A stretch of DNA of 64,000 nucleotides from Octopus sinensis (GCF_006345805.1 NC_043010.1:54994001-55058000); one strand, 5' to 3'. Shown: positions 1 through 13,579, numbered from the stretch's first letter. The notes: generated by a model not told the origin, from the letters alone. Numbers and translations: made by a program.

Positions 1-13
1 GTACATATATATG

Positions 14-95
<82 letters not shown>

Positions 96-123
96 ATTAA
101 ACCTCGTCAAGTTAAATATTTCA

Positions 124-190
124 ATCACCTGAAGAATGACTGTAACTCGAATTTTTACGAATTGGACAGCCATGAAACGATCGTAGTGTT
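124..190 (+). ncRNA. Minimal type I hammerhead ribozyme motif, copy 1
   Basis: cac-CTGAAGA(129-135)-stem II atgactgt/acagccat-GAAAC(174-178)-gatc-GTA(183-185)-gtg; palindromic stem III ACGATCGT. Confidence 0.75.
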
Positions 191-322
191 ATACTAATTA
201 TCTTTTTTTAATAATTTTGATATATATTTAAAATAATATAAGTTAATTAATCTTATGTATTGGCTTAAGTTTTTCATCGTATGATTTGCCTAATAGTGGT
301 TTTATCTCTAATTTAATAATAT

Positions 323-361
<39 letters not shown>

Positions 362-390
362 TGATTAACCTCGTCAAGTTAAATATTTCA

Positions 391-457
391 ATCACCTGAA
401 GAATGACTGTAACTCGAATTTTTACGAATTGGACAGCCATGAAACGATCGTAGTGTT
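391..457 (+). ncRNA. Minimal type I hammerhead ribozyme motif, copy 2
   Basis: Identical to copy 1: CTGAAGA 396-402, GAAAC 441-445, GTA 450-452. Confidence 0.75.
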
Positions 458-2942
458 ATACTAATTATCTTTTTTTAATAATTTTGATATATATTTAAAA
501 TAATATAAGTTAATTAATCTTATGTATTGGCTTAAGTTTTTCATCGTATGATTTGCCTAATAGTGGTTTTATCTCTAATTTAATAATATATATATATATA
601 TATATATATATCAGTGGTTAAATTTCGAAGCTGATCTCGAATAAATATTGGGACATTGAAACTGAACTATACCAAGAAGTGCCGTAGATGTACACAGATA
701 GGAAACTTAGACAGACGTCAATCTATTTCACGTAGTTTCTGAGATTCTTTTGTTAAGGAATATGTCGTTGAATAAACTACAAATTGGTCAATTTTCTAGT
801 AAATTGAAATAGTGTAATACTAAATAAACGAAGTAAAGTCGCGATGGGGCCAGCGTATAAAATTGAGCCGCCTTAATTGCAAAGTTCCGAGGCAAGTTTA
901 TGCCTAAAAGTTCTTTTTTTTTCTTTTTGCAAATGTAATTACCATGTCAGTATTTTCGTGAAAAAGATTATTCTTAAGACTTCAAGTAAAAAATGCCAAT
1001 ACCGGCTCCATTTTTACCTTCAAATTGGGGTTAATTTTGCAAATGTTAGGCAAAAATAGTTGACTATGTAACGTTTTATAAGAATATAAGTAATTAATAA
1101 ATAAATAATATTTAGGATTAATTGGAAAACTTTACGTGTCTGAATTATATCAGTAAAAATAAATCATATTTATCAAAACTTGATAAATTAACCGAATTGA
1201 ATATTAAAATTAAAATTTCCAAATTTATTATATGAAATAAAAAAACATGTCTTATTTTATTTTAAAATGATTAAGTCAATATTTGCATTCTAATATCAAT
1301 AGAACAAATGTCTTCTCAATGTTTTTAATTAAAATTTTAAAATATTATAAAAGTTCATTTTGGTGTTAGCAATTTTTTTCTCATACAAATATTTTCTGTT
1401 AATATTTTTCCTCTTTTCGAATCACTCAGTTTGTGGCCATCATGTCCGGGCTGCAAAGGTCTGAATTGAAGTGATGCCAACAACTATCGTAAATATCTAC
1501 ATCAGAGCATTCTCGGCAATACCAAACTCTCCATCTAATGCTTGGTTTTCTCTTAGTGATATTAATCGACTCATTAGTCGTATCCTTGGGGTATCTTGCT
1601 ATGTACTCTAAGTGTAGTTACAGAACATGAACCTGATCACACCCTCCCTCTCTGCCTCAAAACAGGTGGCATATGTTTCCTCTACATGTTTCTGAATGGT
1701 GCCATTCAATCGATCAACATGTACATAATTGGCTTTTCTAATTTGCCACAAGTTCCTCACTGGCTTTTTCATATAATTTAAATTTTTGACACGAAAAATT
1801 CCCCTTGCTTTTTCAAATATATCTGAAACATCCTTGAAAATGATAACACACTTTTACCTGTAATGTTCTATGCTTTCCTCATTAAAAAAATTCTTTAAAA
1901 GCTTTGCCTGTGTAGTAGAGTGGACTAGAGGAGCATACACGGACAGGTATGTGAAAATAACTTTAATTAGTTTGAAATATACAGGAAAATGGAGATTTAC
2001 CTGACAAGCGAAATATAAGCTATAATAAATTGCAAATGTATTTGGAATTTGAATTTACATATTATTCGTCTTAGAGGTGGTACTTAGATGAAAATGGCAT
2101 CAGAGAAACGATAAAAGGGAAACCAATGCTGCCCTAGGGAAGGATATTCGTAATATGGTTAAATTTGAATTGCTTTGTTCCTTCCTCCATAATACTCTTT
2201 CATAGAAACTTCTAACACAGATCACATTCAGTGGTGTATATCGTTTGTAAAGAGAATGATTAAAATTGTTACCCATTAGGAAATGGAGATATGTTTGTCA
2301 AGCCTTATAAAATTGATGCGTTTTGTGAGAGAGAACTTTGGTATTAGGATATCAAGAGTAGTAGATATTCAGAACTTTATGGAATAGATTCTGAATAGTA
2401 TTTTTCAGCTGGGGGGAGACCTACACAAAAATCTACAAAAACTTTTTAATGAAATTGCATCTTAAACGCTTCCCCCAACCCCGCTGAATGAACACTTGTT
2501 TCAGCATAGCAAAATGTCAGTCGGGAAATCAAGGAATAATTGCAGCTGATGAGGGAGGGGGGGGTCTTTTCCAAAATTTCGGAAGACTTATCACAACTCT
2601 GATTTATGAATGTGTTTTACTCCCTCTCTCTCTCGCCATCTATTACTTGGGTTAAACGTAATAAAAGCTACACATAATTGTTTTCAATGGTGGAGTTAGA
2701 ATCTTAAGTGCGGATACTTGTACTTTTGAATGAAATTCGATACGTTTTTCTTTTATTTCATTTCATTTTCAGCTTTTTCTGGAATACTTTAAAGCTTCCA
2801 TTTCTGGTTTTGTACTTTTCCGGGTTCGATTAATAAATAAATTTCTCCATTCTTACAAAGCAATTTTTTATTCAAGTAAAAATATTTACACTCTTTCATA
2901 TGATATGTTTCTATATCAGATAATTTTTTCTCTTTATCATAT

Positions 2943-3316
2943 ATTACCTCCGCCTTAGCGAAGGCAGTGGTATTGCCTTCAGTTGTGCTTGTTTGTCCGT
3001 GGACAAGATATCTCAAGACCCGCTGGATGGGTTCGAATGAAACTTACAGAGATGTTTGGCCTCACGACTGGCACAAACTGAATAGATGTTGGGATCGATC
3101 CGGTATTTGACAAAGATTGTGGATTACTTTTCCGTTTTTATTTTTCTTTACTTAACATTTGAGAGAGATCGGGTTCATGTTTAGCATTCTCATTTGTGAG
3201 AGCAGTCGAGTTTATTTCAGATATTCTCATTTTAAAAATCATCTCTGGCTAATTAATCATTGAGAGTACGTTGGTGTTGCCTTGGTGGAGGATTGGGCCC
3301 TACGAGTGCTCTTGTT
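2943..3316 (+). mobile_element. Non-autonomous Helentron-associated (HINE/DINE-1-like) element
   Basis: Subterminal inverted repeats CCTCCGCC (2947-2954) / GGTGGAGG (3284-3291), 5' hairpin gccttagcgaaggc, tgtttgtccgt tract, 3' hairpin near 3295-3311. Confidence 0.6.
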
Positions 3317-4344
3317 ATTATCAGTTTTCCTCATTGTCGTTGGCCCTCGAGCATCGTGGTTTTAGTCGAAACAATCAACCCTGTACACAGATTGTTAATC
3401 GTTGCTCTTATTCTCTCGGTCTGTTTTGCCTATCCTACCACATTACAGAAATGCAAATCAAACAACTCTGGTTGAGAAGCGGTGGTTGGCACATACACAA
3501 ACACGATGGAATATATACATAAATATATATGTAATTCCCGTTCTATCTTCCCCACCTTTTTCACTCTCTTCCCCCTCTCTCTCTTATATATGTAAGAAGT
3601 TTTAGTCTACATTGTGGGCACTACAACATTCACTAACATGTTACTGGTTGACCCAGTGCCATGTATGAAGTCACTTCCCTAAAGTGACGCACGGTGGCCC
3701 TGAAAGCAGAAGCATGTGGTTAATACCAGATTTATTATAATTTAAGATTCTTATGTTATAATACGAAGAAAGAGGGTGGCATATGTATAAACACATCTTT
3801 GTAAGTCTGTGTCTGGGTAGCCATATGTCAAGTTATGATACTATTCATAACAAGGGGAAAGTTTAAAAGCATTTTCTATCTTGGATTGGAAATACTAATG
3901 TATTTCCTGTGTATGACTGAGTGATTAACTTATATGATTAATACAAGCTGAAACAAACAAATAAATTGATATTTAAATTAGAAATAACTCAGCCTATTTA
4001 TTAATATGAATAAGTCTCTTCCGTTACGTTCATCATTTCTGAAACGATGTGATGTATCATATAAAGTCTAAAACAATAAACGATATCTTATATATTTCGT
4101 AGACTAGAAAATTTCATTTACATTCTGAAATCAATTCCGAATGATCTAAATATTTATTTCTGATGTTTTATATTCAAGTTTTTAACTTGTTGCACAAGTT
4201 ATCTTGTTGTCGATGTATTATGAATTTTTACGGCTGCTTTGTCGTTAGACATAACGTAATGATGTATTGCGAATTACATGAGTCTTATCAGAAGAAATCG
4301 AGACATATTTTTCGCTTATTTTTCACTTGATGTACGCGAGCTTT

Positions 4345-4545
4345 GATGTACAGACACATACATACACACATACATACATATATACATACATACATACATA
4401 CATACATACATACATACACACATACGTACATACATACATATATACATACATACATACACACATACGTGCATACATACATAAAGAGAAACACACAAAGACA
4501 TAGACACAAACTCAAACACACACACACACACATATATATATATAC
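4345..4545. repeat. (CATA)n/(CA)n/(TA)n microsatellite
   Basis: Direct reading. Confidence 0.95.
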
Positions 4546-4548
4546 ATT

Positions 4549-4930
4549 TATTCTTTATTGGTTGAAGTCATTTGACTGAAGTAATGCTGGAGCACCACCT
4601 TTAGTCGAGCAAATCGACCCCAGGATTTATTCCTTGTAAGCCTAGTACTTATTCTACCGGACTCTTTTGCTGAACCGGTAATTTCCGGGGACGTAAACGC
4701 ACCAACATCGATTGTCAGAAATGATGGGACACAAACACAGATTACACAAACTCATCTATATATATATATACGATGTGCTTCTTTCAATTTCCGTCCACCA
4801 AATTCTCTCACGAAGCTTTGGTCGGCCCGCGAATATAGTAGAAGACACTTCCCCAATGTGCCATGAGGTTGGACTGAACCCGGAACCATGAGGTTGGAAA
4901 GAAAACTTCTTACTAGACAACCAATTATGC
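4549..4930 (-). mobile_element. tRNA-derived SINE, family A (internal microsatellite), diverged
   Basis: Colinear with copies at 60837-61252 and 43436-43812. Confidence 0.85.
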
Positions 4931-5169
4931 TTATATGTTTGGGTGCGTATGTGCGTATTTGTGCGCGAGTGTTACGTATTGTGTTGGGTAAAAATATTCA
5001 TACGCCTTTTCTATAGGTGCTTTGTAATGTGGTATGAAGAAAACCACCCGCTTTCAAAGAGACTGATTGGGGGCAGAAGACAAAAACCGAGTCGTTATTT
5101 GCAATGTGAAAAGCAAGTGATCGTCTCCTATGATATATACACTCTTACGAAGCAAGTGGTTATATAAGT

Positions 5170-5231
5170 TTCCACACATACACACACAAGCCTGAATGTG
5201 TGTGCATATGTATTTATATACATATATATAT

Positions 5232-5262
<31 letters not shown>

Positions 5263-5297
5263 GAGACAGAGAGAGAGACAGAGGGAGATACAGATAA

Positions 5298-5328
<31 letters not shown>

Positions 5329-5453
5329 TACATATATAGTTATATACATATATATATATATATTTAGTTATGCATATATGAGTTTATATATATATAAACA
5401 TATACATAAATATATACATACAACTACAACACACAAACACACTCACACACACG

Positions 5454-5512
<59 letters not shown>

Positions 5513-5790
5513 GTTGAAAGACAGATAGCTAAATAGATACGCGGATAAATAGATAAAATATAGATACATATATATATATATATGTGTGTGTATAAATAAG
5601 TGTGTGTATATATATTTATGCATTTTATTGATATATATGTATGTATATATATATATGTATACACACATTCTTTTACACACAAATACCTATATGTATGTAT
5701 GCGTGCATATATATATATATGTGCATATGTGTGAACGGGTGTGTGTTTATATATATATATATATATATGTACCTGTACACACATATTTTT
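5170..5790. repeat. Compound microsatellite block (CA, TA, GA, GACA, GATA)
   Basis: Direct reading. Confidence 0.95.
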
Positions 5791-6228
5791 ATGATCGTAT
5801 TTGTACCTTAAAAATGAATTTTTTTTCTTATAACTAACTATAAATTTAACTTATTTGCATTTATATTTTCCCTCATTCGTCTCTGTTTTTACTTTTTTTA
5901 CTGTTCTAGTTATATTTACTTTAATTTGGTCCTAATCATATTTTATTAAATATGTAAACTCTTCACCCGAGCACATGACATTACAAATCATAAACCGTAA
6001 TATTTAGTCTGCTAAAATGAATTGATTGGTCTACATATAACATCATAAGGTACATCTTCATTTCTTCTGATAAAATTATGCTCACGTCTCATAAATGCAA
6101 ATTTAATGTAGAAATGTGTTATTAAATTATTCAGTATTAATTGAAACGGCTGTAAGAAGAGAAGATGACCAATTTATTAATAAAGAATTGTTATCTTCCG
6201 TAACTCCATTTTCTTTCTTTTATCTAGA

Positions 6229-6277
<49 letters not shown>

Positions 6278-6654
6278 TCTACATATATACATATGCATAC
6301 ACATAAATATATGCACACTGTACTGATAAATTAACGCCGAATATTAATTCAGATCATCAGATATTACGCAGAATATCTAAATCAAATTAAGTATGCTATA
6401 TTGAGTTACCTATCAGTAGATCAGTGGCAATTAAACATCGATCAAGTCTCTGCCAAAGAACAATTCCATTTTTACTCCTTCGGTAACGCCATCGCTTTTA
6501 TCTCATGTCATTTATCTTCATCTCTCCTCGCAGTATTCCTGGTGGTATAATTAAAGAACCGTTTCTTTTTTCGTTTGAAATGTCTGAAGGCGTTAAAAAC
6601 ACATTCCGTTCAGACAATATACAAATTCACCATACATATTTTCACATGTACGCC

Positions 6655-6736
6655 CTGCTATATATATATAAAAGACCTCAAAAAGTCATATATGTTTGTG
6701 TCTGTGCGTGTGTGTGTATGTATGTGCGCGTGTGTG

Positions 6737-6788
<52 letters not shown>

Positions 6789-6832
6789 GACTTATGTATA
6801 TATTTGTGCATGTATTCATATATATATATATA

Positions 6833-6866
<34 letters not shown>

Positions 6867-7105
6867 CTGATGTACATTTATATATATATAAGAATATATA
6901 TAATATACGTACCTAGATGCAATTTTATATATGTGGTATATATATATATATATATATATACCATATAACATACATACATACACATATATTGCATATATAT
7001 GTGTATGTGTATATATACACATACACACATTTATTTATATAGATACAGAAAGAGAGAAAGAAAGAAAGAAAGAAAGAAAGAAGAATGAAAGAAAGAAAAA
7101 AGAAG
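6655..7105. repeat. Compound microsatellite (TA, TG, GAAA)
   Basis: Direct reading. Confidence 0.95.
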
Positions 7106-7459
7106 GAAATGGGGGGAGGGAGTGAAAGTAGAGGTGTGGAAGGGAGAGGGGAAGCGTAAGAGAGATGGATGGCTCGATATTTATAAAAGTGTGTAACTCT
7201 TGGGTGTCGAACATTACTTCGTAAAAGATATCGATGTCGCTTATTAGTTTACAAAGTTGTACAACTCTGATAGACAAATGGCTATAACTCACTTTCAACC
7301 CAAAATTGAGATGTCACATGTGTATATGACCACCATGGATGATGTTAGGTAATGATATCACTACCACTCTATTATCAATGTAATAGTACTTTCCTTATGG
7401 ACGGCCTCCCTTCTCTTTATAAATCACATTTTCTACAGGCTTTTTCGCTTTCATTATTC

Positions 7460-7790
7460 TATTTAGCGCACCGGAGAAAATGCTTAGTGTGAATTCGCCC
7501 GTTCTTACATTCTCAGTTCAAGGTCGATATTTCATTTCATATTTTTAAGATCGATAAACTAAGCACTCGTTGAGCACTCGGGTAGAAGTCACATCCTCTC
7601 TCGATCTTGCTGGCCTTGTGCCAAAAATTTGAAACCAGCATTATATCGGCAAGTAAGGCGGCGAGCTCGTGGATAGTTAACCCGCCAGACAAAGTGCGTA
7701 GTGCTATTTCGTCAGTTTTTATATTCTGAGTTCAACTGTTGCTGATGTCGGCCCTGTCCATCATGCCTTTGTGGGGGTGAATGAAATAAT
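7460..7790 (+). mobile_element. Two decayed family B SINE remnants
   Basis: aaggcggcgagct head at ~7655 and gtcgat/tcgataaa core motifs shared with 19892-20124. Confidence 0.55.
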
Positions 7791-7799
7791 AAGATCGTT

Positions 7800-8400
7800 C
7801 TCTGAAAAAGTGACGAGGTATGATATCACCATCATTGCTGACGACTGCCAGAACCATTACAGTTACTGGGAACTTAGTACGCATGATCCTTGGAACATCA
7901 TTCGGCCATCTGCTAAGTCTTCGGTTTACCTTTAGCTCAGATTGATTTTTTTTTCTCTTCGGAGAGCATGGTTAGCAAACTCTTGTAAAGGTCAAATGTA
8001 TATTTCTTGTCATGTCCGACAGGAAGTGATCCTTCCATATCACATTCGGTTTTTAATGCATTTCCTAATGCACAACATTTCTAAAATCTTGAGGTCCTTG
8101 GCAATGGGTCTGATTGATATTTCAGGGATTTTATCGGTAATTTCTTAGAGATTCTTTTTTATATAACAACATGTGTTCTGATGGCATTAGGACCTTGTGA
8201 ATGCATTGTCGTTTAACTAATGATATTGGGTACCCATCAGCAGCTTACAGCTCCTATAGAAATTTGACAACAATGTATCGAGCAAATTTGCTATTTTTGC
8301 ATCAGTACGCTGCGCTTTTAAGGCCAAGATTACAGAGTGCCTTTTCATTTGCCGAGTCAGTATGCTGCTTGACATTATTTATCTGAAGAGTACGGTAAAA
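7800..8400 (-). pseudogene. Decayed Tc1/mariner-superfamily transposase (maT/DD37D-like)
   Basis: Minus strand gives LSEEKK..KVNRRLSRWPNDVPRIMRTKFPVTVMVLAVVSNDGDIIPRHFF and HTH-like ITDKIPEISIRPIAKDL, with stops and frameshifts; subfamily is inferred. Confidence 0.75.
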
Positions 8401-8770
8401 AAAAAAACAAGTTAGAAATGTTGATCTGTTGAAAATGGTGTCCTTTAAACACTAACGCGCGCTGTATTATTAGGCAGTGAGAAAGTTGATAGATTATCAT
8501 GGCTGACTATGTACAAGCACATGTCTGTGTAATATCTTTGCACAAGCTTGCTCGTTTCCCTTGGAAGCAAGTATCATCTCTCCATAATACCTATGTTTAT
8601 TCAAAGGAAAAAACCAGCGATGCGGCTTGTTTTAAGTGTGCCGTAAAAGCAAATACGTTACGAGAACGTTAGAGCTGTTGAAGGTGGTGTCCTCTAAAAA
8701 CCAACTCACGGTGTATTATTAGGCAGCGAAAATGTTGATATATAATCAGGTAACCATTCTTTCCAGTTCG

Positions 8771-8845
8771 TTATTTAGGCAAATTACAGAATTATTTAGG
8801 CAAATTATTTAGGCAAATTATTTAGGCAAATTACAGAATTATTTA
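8771..8845. repeat. Short minisatellite of ttatttaggcaaa units
   Basis: Four copies, two extended by ttacagaa. Confidence 0.9.
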
Positions 8846-8964
8846 TGTTTTCAATTGACAATGTTTGCATTGGGAGACTACATGTTTCTGGTGTTTTATA
8901 TTGTGTGATATGTAAGTAAAGCGAGAATTATGTGCGTGAGCACACTTATTCTTACATGCCCATG

Positions 8965-8992
8965 TATATATACTTGTGTATATGTATGTATG

Positions 8993-9063
<71 letters not shown>

Positions 9064-9155
9064 CATAAAACATACATACATATATATATATATACATACA
9101 TACATATATATGTATATATATATACATACATATATATGTATATATGTATATATAC

Positions 9156-9192
<37 letters not shown>

Positions 9193-9230
9193 CATACATA
9201 TATATGTATATATATGTATGTATATACATT
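8965..9230. repeat. (TA)n/(CATA)n microsatellite
   Basis: Direct reading. Confidence 0.95.
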
Positions 9231-10094
9231 TCCACAACTATATGTCCAAACTTGTATGCCGTGTATATCTTTGTGTGCATATCTGTGTAACAACGCAGTA
9301 TGGCCAAAGAAAAGTGTACATTCTAACATTGAGTCCGAGTGTATAGATTGGGCGTTGTAATCTCACAATACGCAATACATAAAGGAATATATAGAGTAGC
9401 TTATATATTGGTGCCGATATAATCGGCTAAATCACTTGAAAGCAGAGATATATAGTACTCGCAGTTTAAAGACCGAGACAAATAAAATAATACACTGATA
9501 TTATATTCAACACATTAACAATCTTAACGTAAATATAAATAACGTCCACGCACTTAAGGTTATATTAGCAGCAATAACTTTGAATGTGACGGCTATATAA
9601 ATGTTTAAATGAGTTCTTGTTAGCAAGATTATAGTTTTTAGAACTATTAAACTCATCTTAAAATATGAATGTTTTGGAATATTTACATGAAGACGTGTTT
9701 TCCAAAGCTGTACACACATAAACCTGTGCATACATAGGCACGTACGTACATTTATGTCTGTGTATTACAGGAAATTAGATGGGAAAATGGTTATGCAATA
9801 CGTTCTTCTACTCCGAATGGTTTTGTTCTTCGTCAGTGTCGACGATGAGTATTCACCTGTTCGATCAATCATGAATTACTACCGTCTTTTTTTGGTATAC
9901 AATTCAAAGCAACATACAGTGTAAGAATGTTGGGTAAACATTCAAACATTGTCACTATGTTTCCAAATCCAGCTACATTTCACACGAATATTTGGTCCTC
10001 CAAATTCGCCTTACTGTGTAAGTCAAGCTGCTTTTTTATTGGTCAATTTTGGTCTGAAAATTCGACTTGATATTAATATATGTGTCTGAGTATT

Positions 10095-10410
10095 GTTTTT
10101 ACCGTACTCTTCAGATAAATAACCTCAAACAGCTTACTGACTCGACAAATGGAAAGGCACTCTGTAATCTTGGACTTAAAAGGGCAGCGAAATGATGCAG
10201 AAAGAGGTATTTTGCTCCATACATCGTTGTCAACTTTCTATAGAAGCTGGAAGCTGCTGATGGGCACCCAGTAACATTAGTTAAACGACAATACATTGAC
10301 AATACTGCTGTTATATAAACAAAAAGAAATTACCGATAAAATCCCTGAAACATCAATCAGACCCATTGCTAGGATCTCAACTTTTTCAGAAATGTTGTGC
10401 ATTAGGAATA
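10095..10410 (+). mobile_element. Second remnant of the same Tc1/mariner family, opposite orientation
   Basis: Reverse-complement similarity to 8060-8400 (e.g. accgtactcttcagataaat, gaaattaccgataaaatccctgaaa). Confidence 0.75.
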
Positions 10411-11296
10411 TTAGACCGGAAGTTGAATATGCGTTACGCAGTGTATCAATGTTTTAATTCCCTGCAATTACTTCACACTTCACCAATACCTGGCCTCCGC
10501 TCAGCTGTATTTCCCTACCTTCGTCAGCATAGCAGCCTCATCTTGTACATCCGACGTACATGATACATCTCCCCCTTCCATCTCCTCTCTCACCATTACA
10601 GTTTACATCAGCAGCAACAGGATCGCAACATACAATTTGAAAACCAACCAACATATCATTTTATACAACAACAAATGTAATCATAACGACGATCAATGAA
10701 ACAAATGGATAAAATTAATTGCATGAAGTAACTATCTTTTACACGGCATTACAATTTATATCAAATAAGAAAACATAAAAACGTCGATAAAACTAAATAC
10801 ATACATCCTCTCTCTCACTATTATATTTTACACCATTACATTTTACATCAAATACGAAGTATTCAAAAGCAACAGGTCACTCCAGACGACATCTCGACGA
10901 GTGAGGTGTTGTGATTCATCTATCCAGCACCACTACAGGCTTGCCGGTCTGACATATGGTGAGAAGATGCTATTGTTGTATATTTTCAAATTTACCCGTA
11001 TTTACTTACCCATGATGAATTCCCTATTTCCTCCATAGGGCATCTATTCTGTTTTCACAGAACATGAAGTTTTGTAACATCACGTCCGCTGCCATTGGTG
11101 GAAAAGGAAGATGCAGTATTCACTTGCGAACGTTTTACATACCCTTCAAGGACTACCTACCAAGGACTACCTACAATTATAAGAGCGATAACACAGCCTT
11201 TTCAGGGCCACCTCACATTCTATTGTTACCCACTTCTGAGAGTGCTGCAATGCGCTTTGCAGGGCTTTCTGTCCAGTCGCAAATCGACTGGTTGGG

Positions 11297-11389
11297 CGTA
11301 AACTTATATCAATATTTGCTTCAATAATCACAATTGAGTAGGGTAATTAAAAGTGCTTTAAAGCAATGAAGCCTCGGGTACTTCTGCTA
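11297..11389 (+). mobile_element. Helitron 3'-terminal remnant
   Basis: cgtaaacttatatcaatatttgc...ttctgcta matches the Helitron end at 48398-48502. Confidence 0.65.
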
Positions 11390-12372
11390 TATATATATTA
11401 TATATATATATATATATATAAAGAGAGAGAGAGAGAGAGAGAGATAGAGAGAGAGATAAAACTTTCTTGGAAAAGGATACGTAGCGTTCGATCATATAAT
11501 AATATAAATAATACATAAATATATGCGCATATGCATGCATATATGTACATACCTACATATATATGTATATATACATGCATATATGGGTACAGGATATCAG
11601 GAGAAACGGTGAACGCACCATATATTTATATATATATATATATACGCAATACAGAAATGCTGAAAAATATGTTAGCCTTTTATTTGAAATTAATATTAGG
11701 AATAATACACTATTTATATACAATTATTTATTTAGTACTTACTTTTCGACTTTAGCATCTTTGTAAGAACTGTATATATGCGAGAAAATGGATATACCAT
11801 AGGTTATATTTAGATAATATAGGATCTAAATACATAAAGAAGGGGATTAAATTTAATACATGTCTGTGTTAGGGAGGCTACAACTACAGCAAAAGCATCA
11901 AAAGATTCTGTCCGGTTAGCATATCGTAATTAGCAACGTATGAACATCCTGGAGTAACTTAAAAACATCAAAGTGGTCGGTTATGTTCCTAACATAATAA
12001 TTACCCTGTGCAATATATTCATCGTTAAAACCCGTGTGGGTGACTACGTTTACTATAAAAGGCTTGTAATGCTTTGACTTCTCTAATTACTCTTTCTTTG
12101 AAGCGAAAACGAACTAATAAGACACTCAAATTGCAATCCTCGAGGTAATTAACGTCGATGTTTTAGGGAGCAGATCTCTATTCGTTTGCTCGAAACACTT
12201 GATATAACAAAATCGGAAGCTTGCCAATTATTGATTTGTAGATATTGCACAATGCCTCAAATCGACCACAATCATTAAATGATGCACACAGGCACACACA
12301 CACACTCTTACACACACATTCGCATAAACACATACACATATATAATAGATATGGTGTAAGTACGCTAATACG

Positions 12373-12406
<34 letters not shown>

Positions 12407-12412
12407 ATATAT

Positions 12413-12446
<34 letters not shown>

Positions 12447-12559
12447 ACATAACACACACACATACGGTATATATATATATATATATATATTAATAAATAA
12501 AACATATGCATATATATAACATATATGTACGTACCTACCTCTAAATGTACATATACACG

Positions 12560-13030
12560 CATATATGAGTACAGGACACCAAAAAGACGTCGAACACAAT
12601 GAGAAACGAACATAGACACAAACCAAGGAACTGGACATTTTTTAAACAACAAAAAAATAGAGTACAGGACAATTAACACAAAGAAAAACACCCTCCTTCA
12701 GTCGCTATGGTTTCATCTACTCTACGTTTCGAAGGTGAAAGCGAGACGTATCTTCGGCAAGAAACTTTCCTTCCTGCGAAAAGCAAATCAAATTAAAATT
12801 CTGAGATGTTTTCGCAGAGGGGTAAAAAATGGTAACAAAAACAGGACAGTAACGACAGTACAAATTATAAACAGTAAAAGACAGGACAAGGAACAACAAG
12901 ATAAGAAGGGCTGTTAACGCCGAACGAAAAAAAGTATTACGAACGCGGTTTTTTTTTTGTGAAAGACGAACGGAGCAAAAAGAAATGTCGACCACACCTC
13001 GAGAGGGTTAGGCTAGAAAGACAGTAGCGG
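12560..13030. repeat. Probable unclassified interspersed repeat
   Basis: Starts abruptly after a TA-rich tract with a similar layout to 51045-51250; no diagnostic coding motif. Confidence 0.3.
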
Positions 13031-13199
13031 AAGTATCGTCGCGGGTCAACGACGGGAGGGGGAGGAGGAGCAAGAGAAATGTAGAGAAGAAGGGGAATGG
13101 TTGTGAGGGAACCATGAAGAATGAGAGAGGGGGAGAGAGAGTAAAGAATGAGAGAGAGGGAGAGACAAGTTAAGTAGAGGAATAAATATATACATATGT

Positions 13200-13423
13200 G
13201 TGAGTGTGTGTGTGTGTGTTTGTGTGTCTGTGTTTGCCCCCCCAACATCGCTTGACAACCGATGCTTGTGTATTTATGTCCCCGTCACTTACTTAGCTGT
13301 TCGGCAAAAGAGACCGATAGGCATACAAAGAATAAGTCCTGGGGTCGATTTGCTCGACTCGACTAAAGGCGGTGCTCCAGCATGGCCACAGTCAAATGAC
13401 TGAAACAGGTAAAGCAGTAAAAA
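13200..13423 (+). mobile_element. Family A SINE, 3' half
   Basis: ccaacatcgcttgacaaccgatgc...ggcggtgctccagcatggcc...gactgaaac. Confidence 0.9.
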
Positions 13424-13507
13424 CATATATGTAGGTATTTCACAAATATTTATCACATAAAAACAAAGCAGATATTTACGCATCAGTGCATTAAAGATCT
13501 CGTAAAG

Positions 13508-13579
<72 letters not shown>

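Larger units (their letters stand above)
93..590 (+). repeat. Tandem duplication, ~267-bp unit bounded by (TA)n, one hammerhead motif per unit
   Basis: 93-320 and 361-587 are identical apart from one A (ttgattaaacctcg vs ttgattaacctcg) and are separated by a (TA)n tract. Confidence 0.95.

Noticed and set aside
2789-3016. 75-aa minus-strand ORF with protein-like composition
   Set aside because: Starts inside the HINE-like element and continues into AT-rich flank; no recognisable motif
8425-8750. ~70-bp diverged direct repeat (8425-8492 and 8675-8742)
   Set aside because: Adjacent to a transposon remnant and probably part of it; no further structure seen
12690-12765. Hammerhead-like boxes on the minus strand
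   Set aside because: Core boxes imperfect (CCGAAGA, CTGAAGG) and no consistent set of stems
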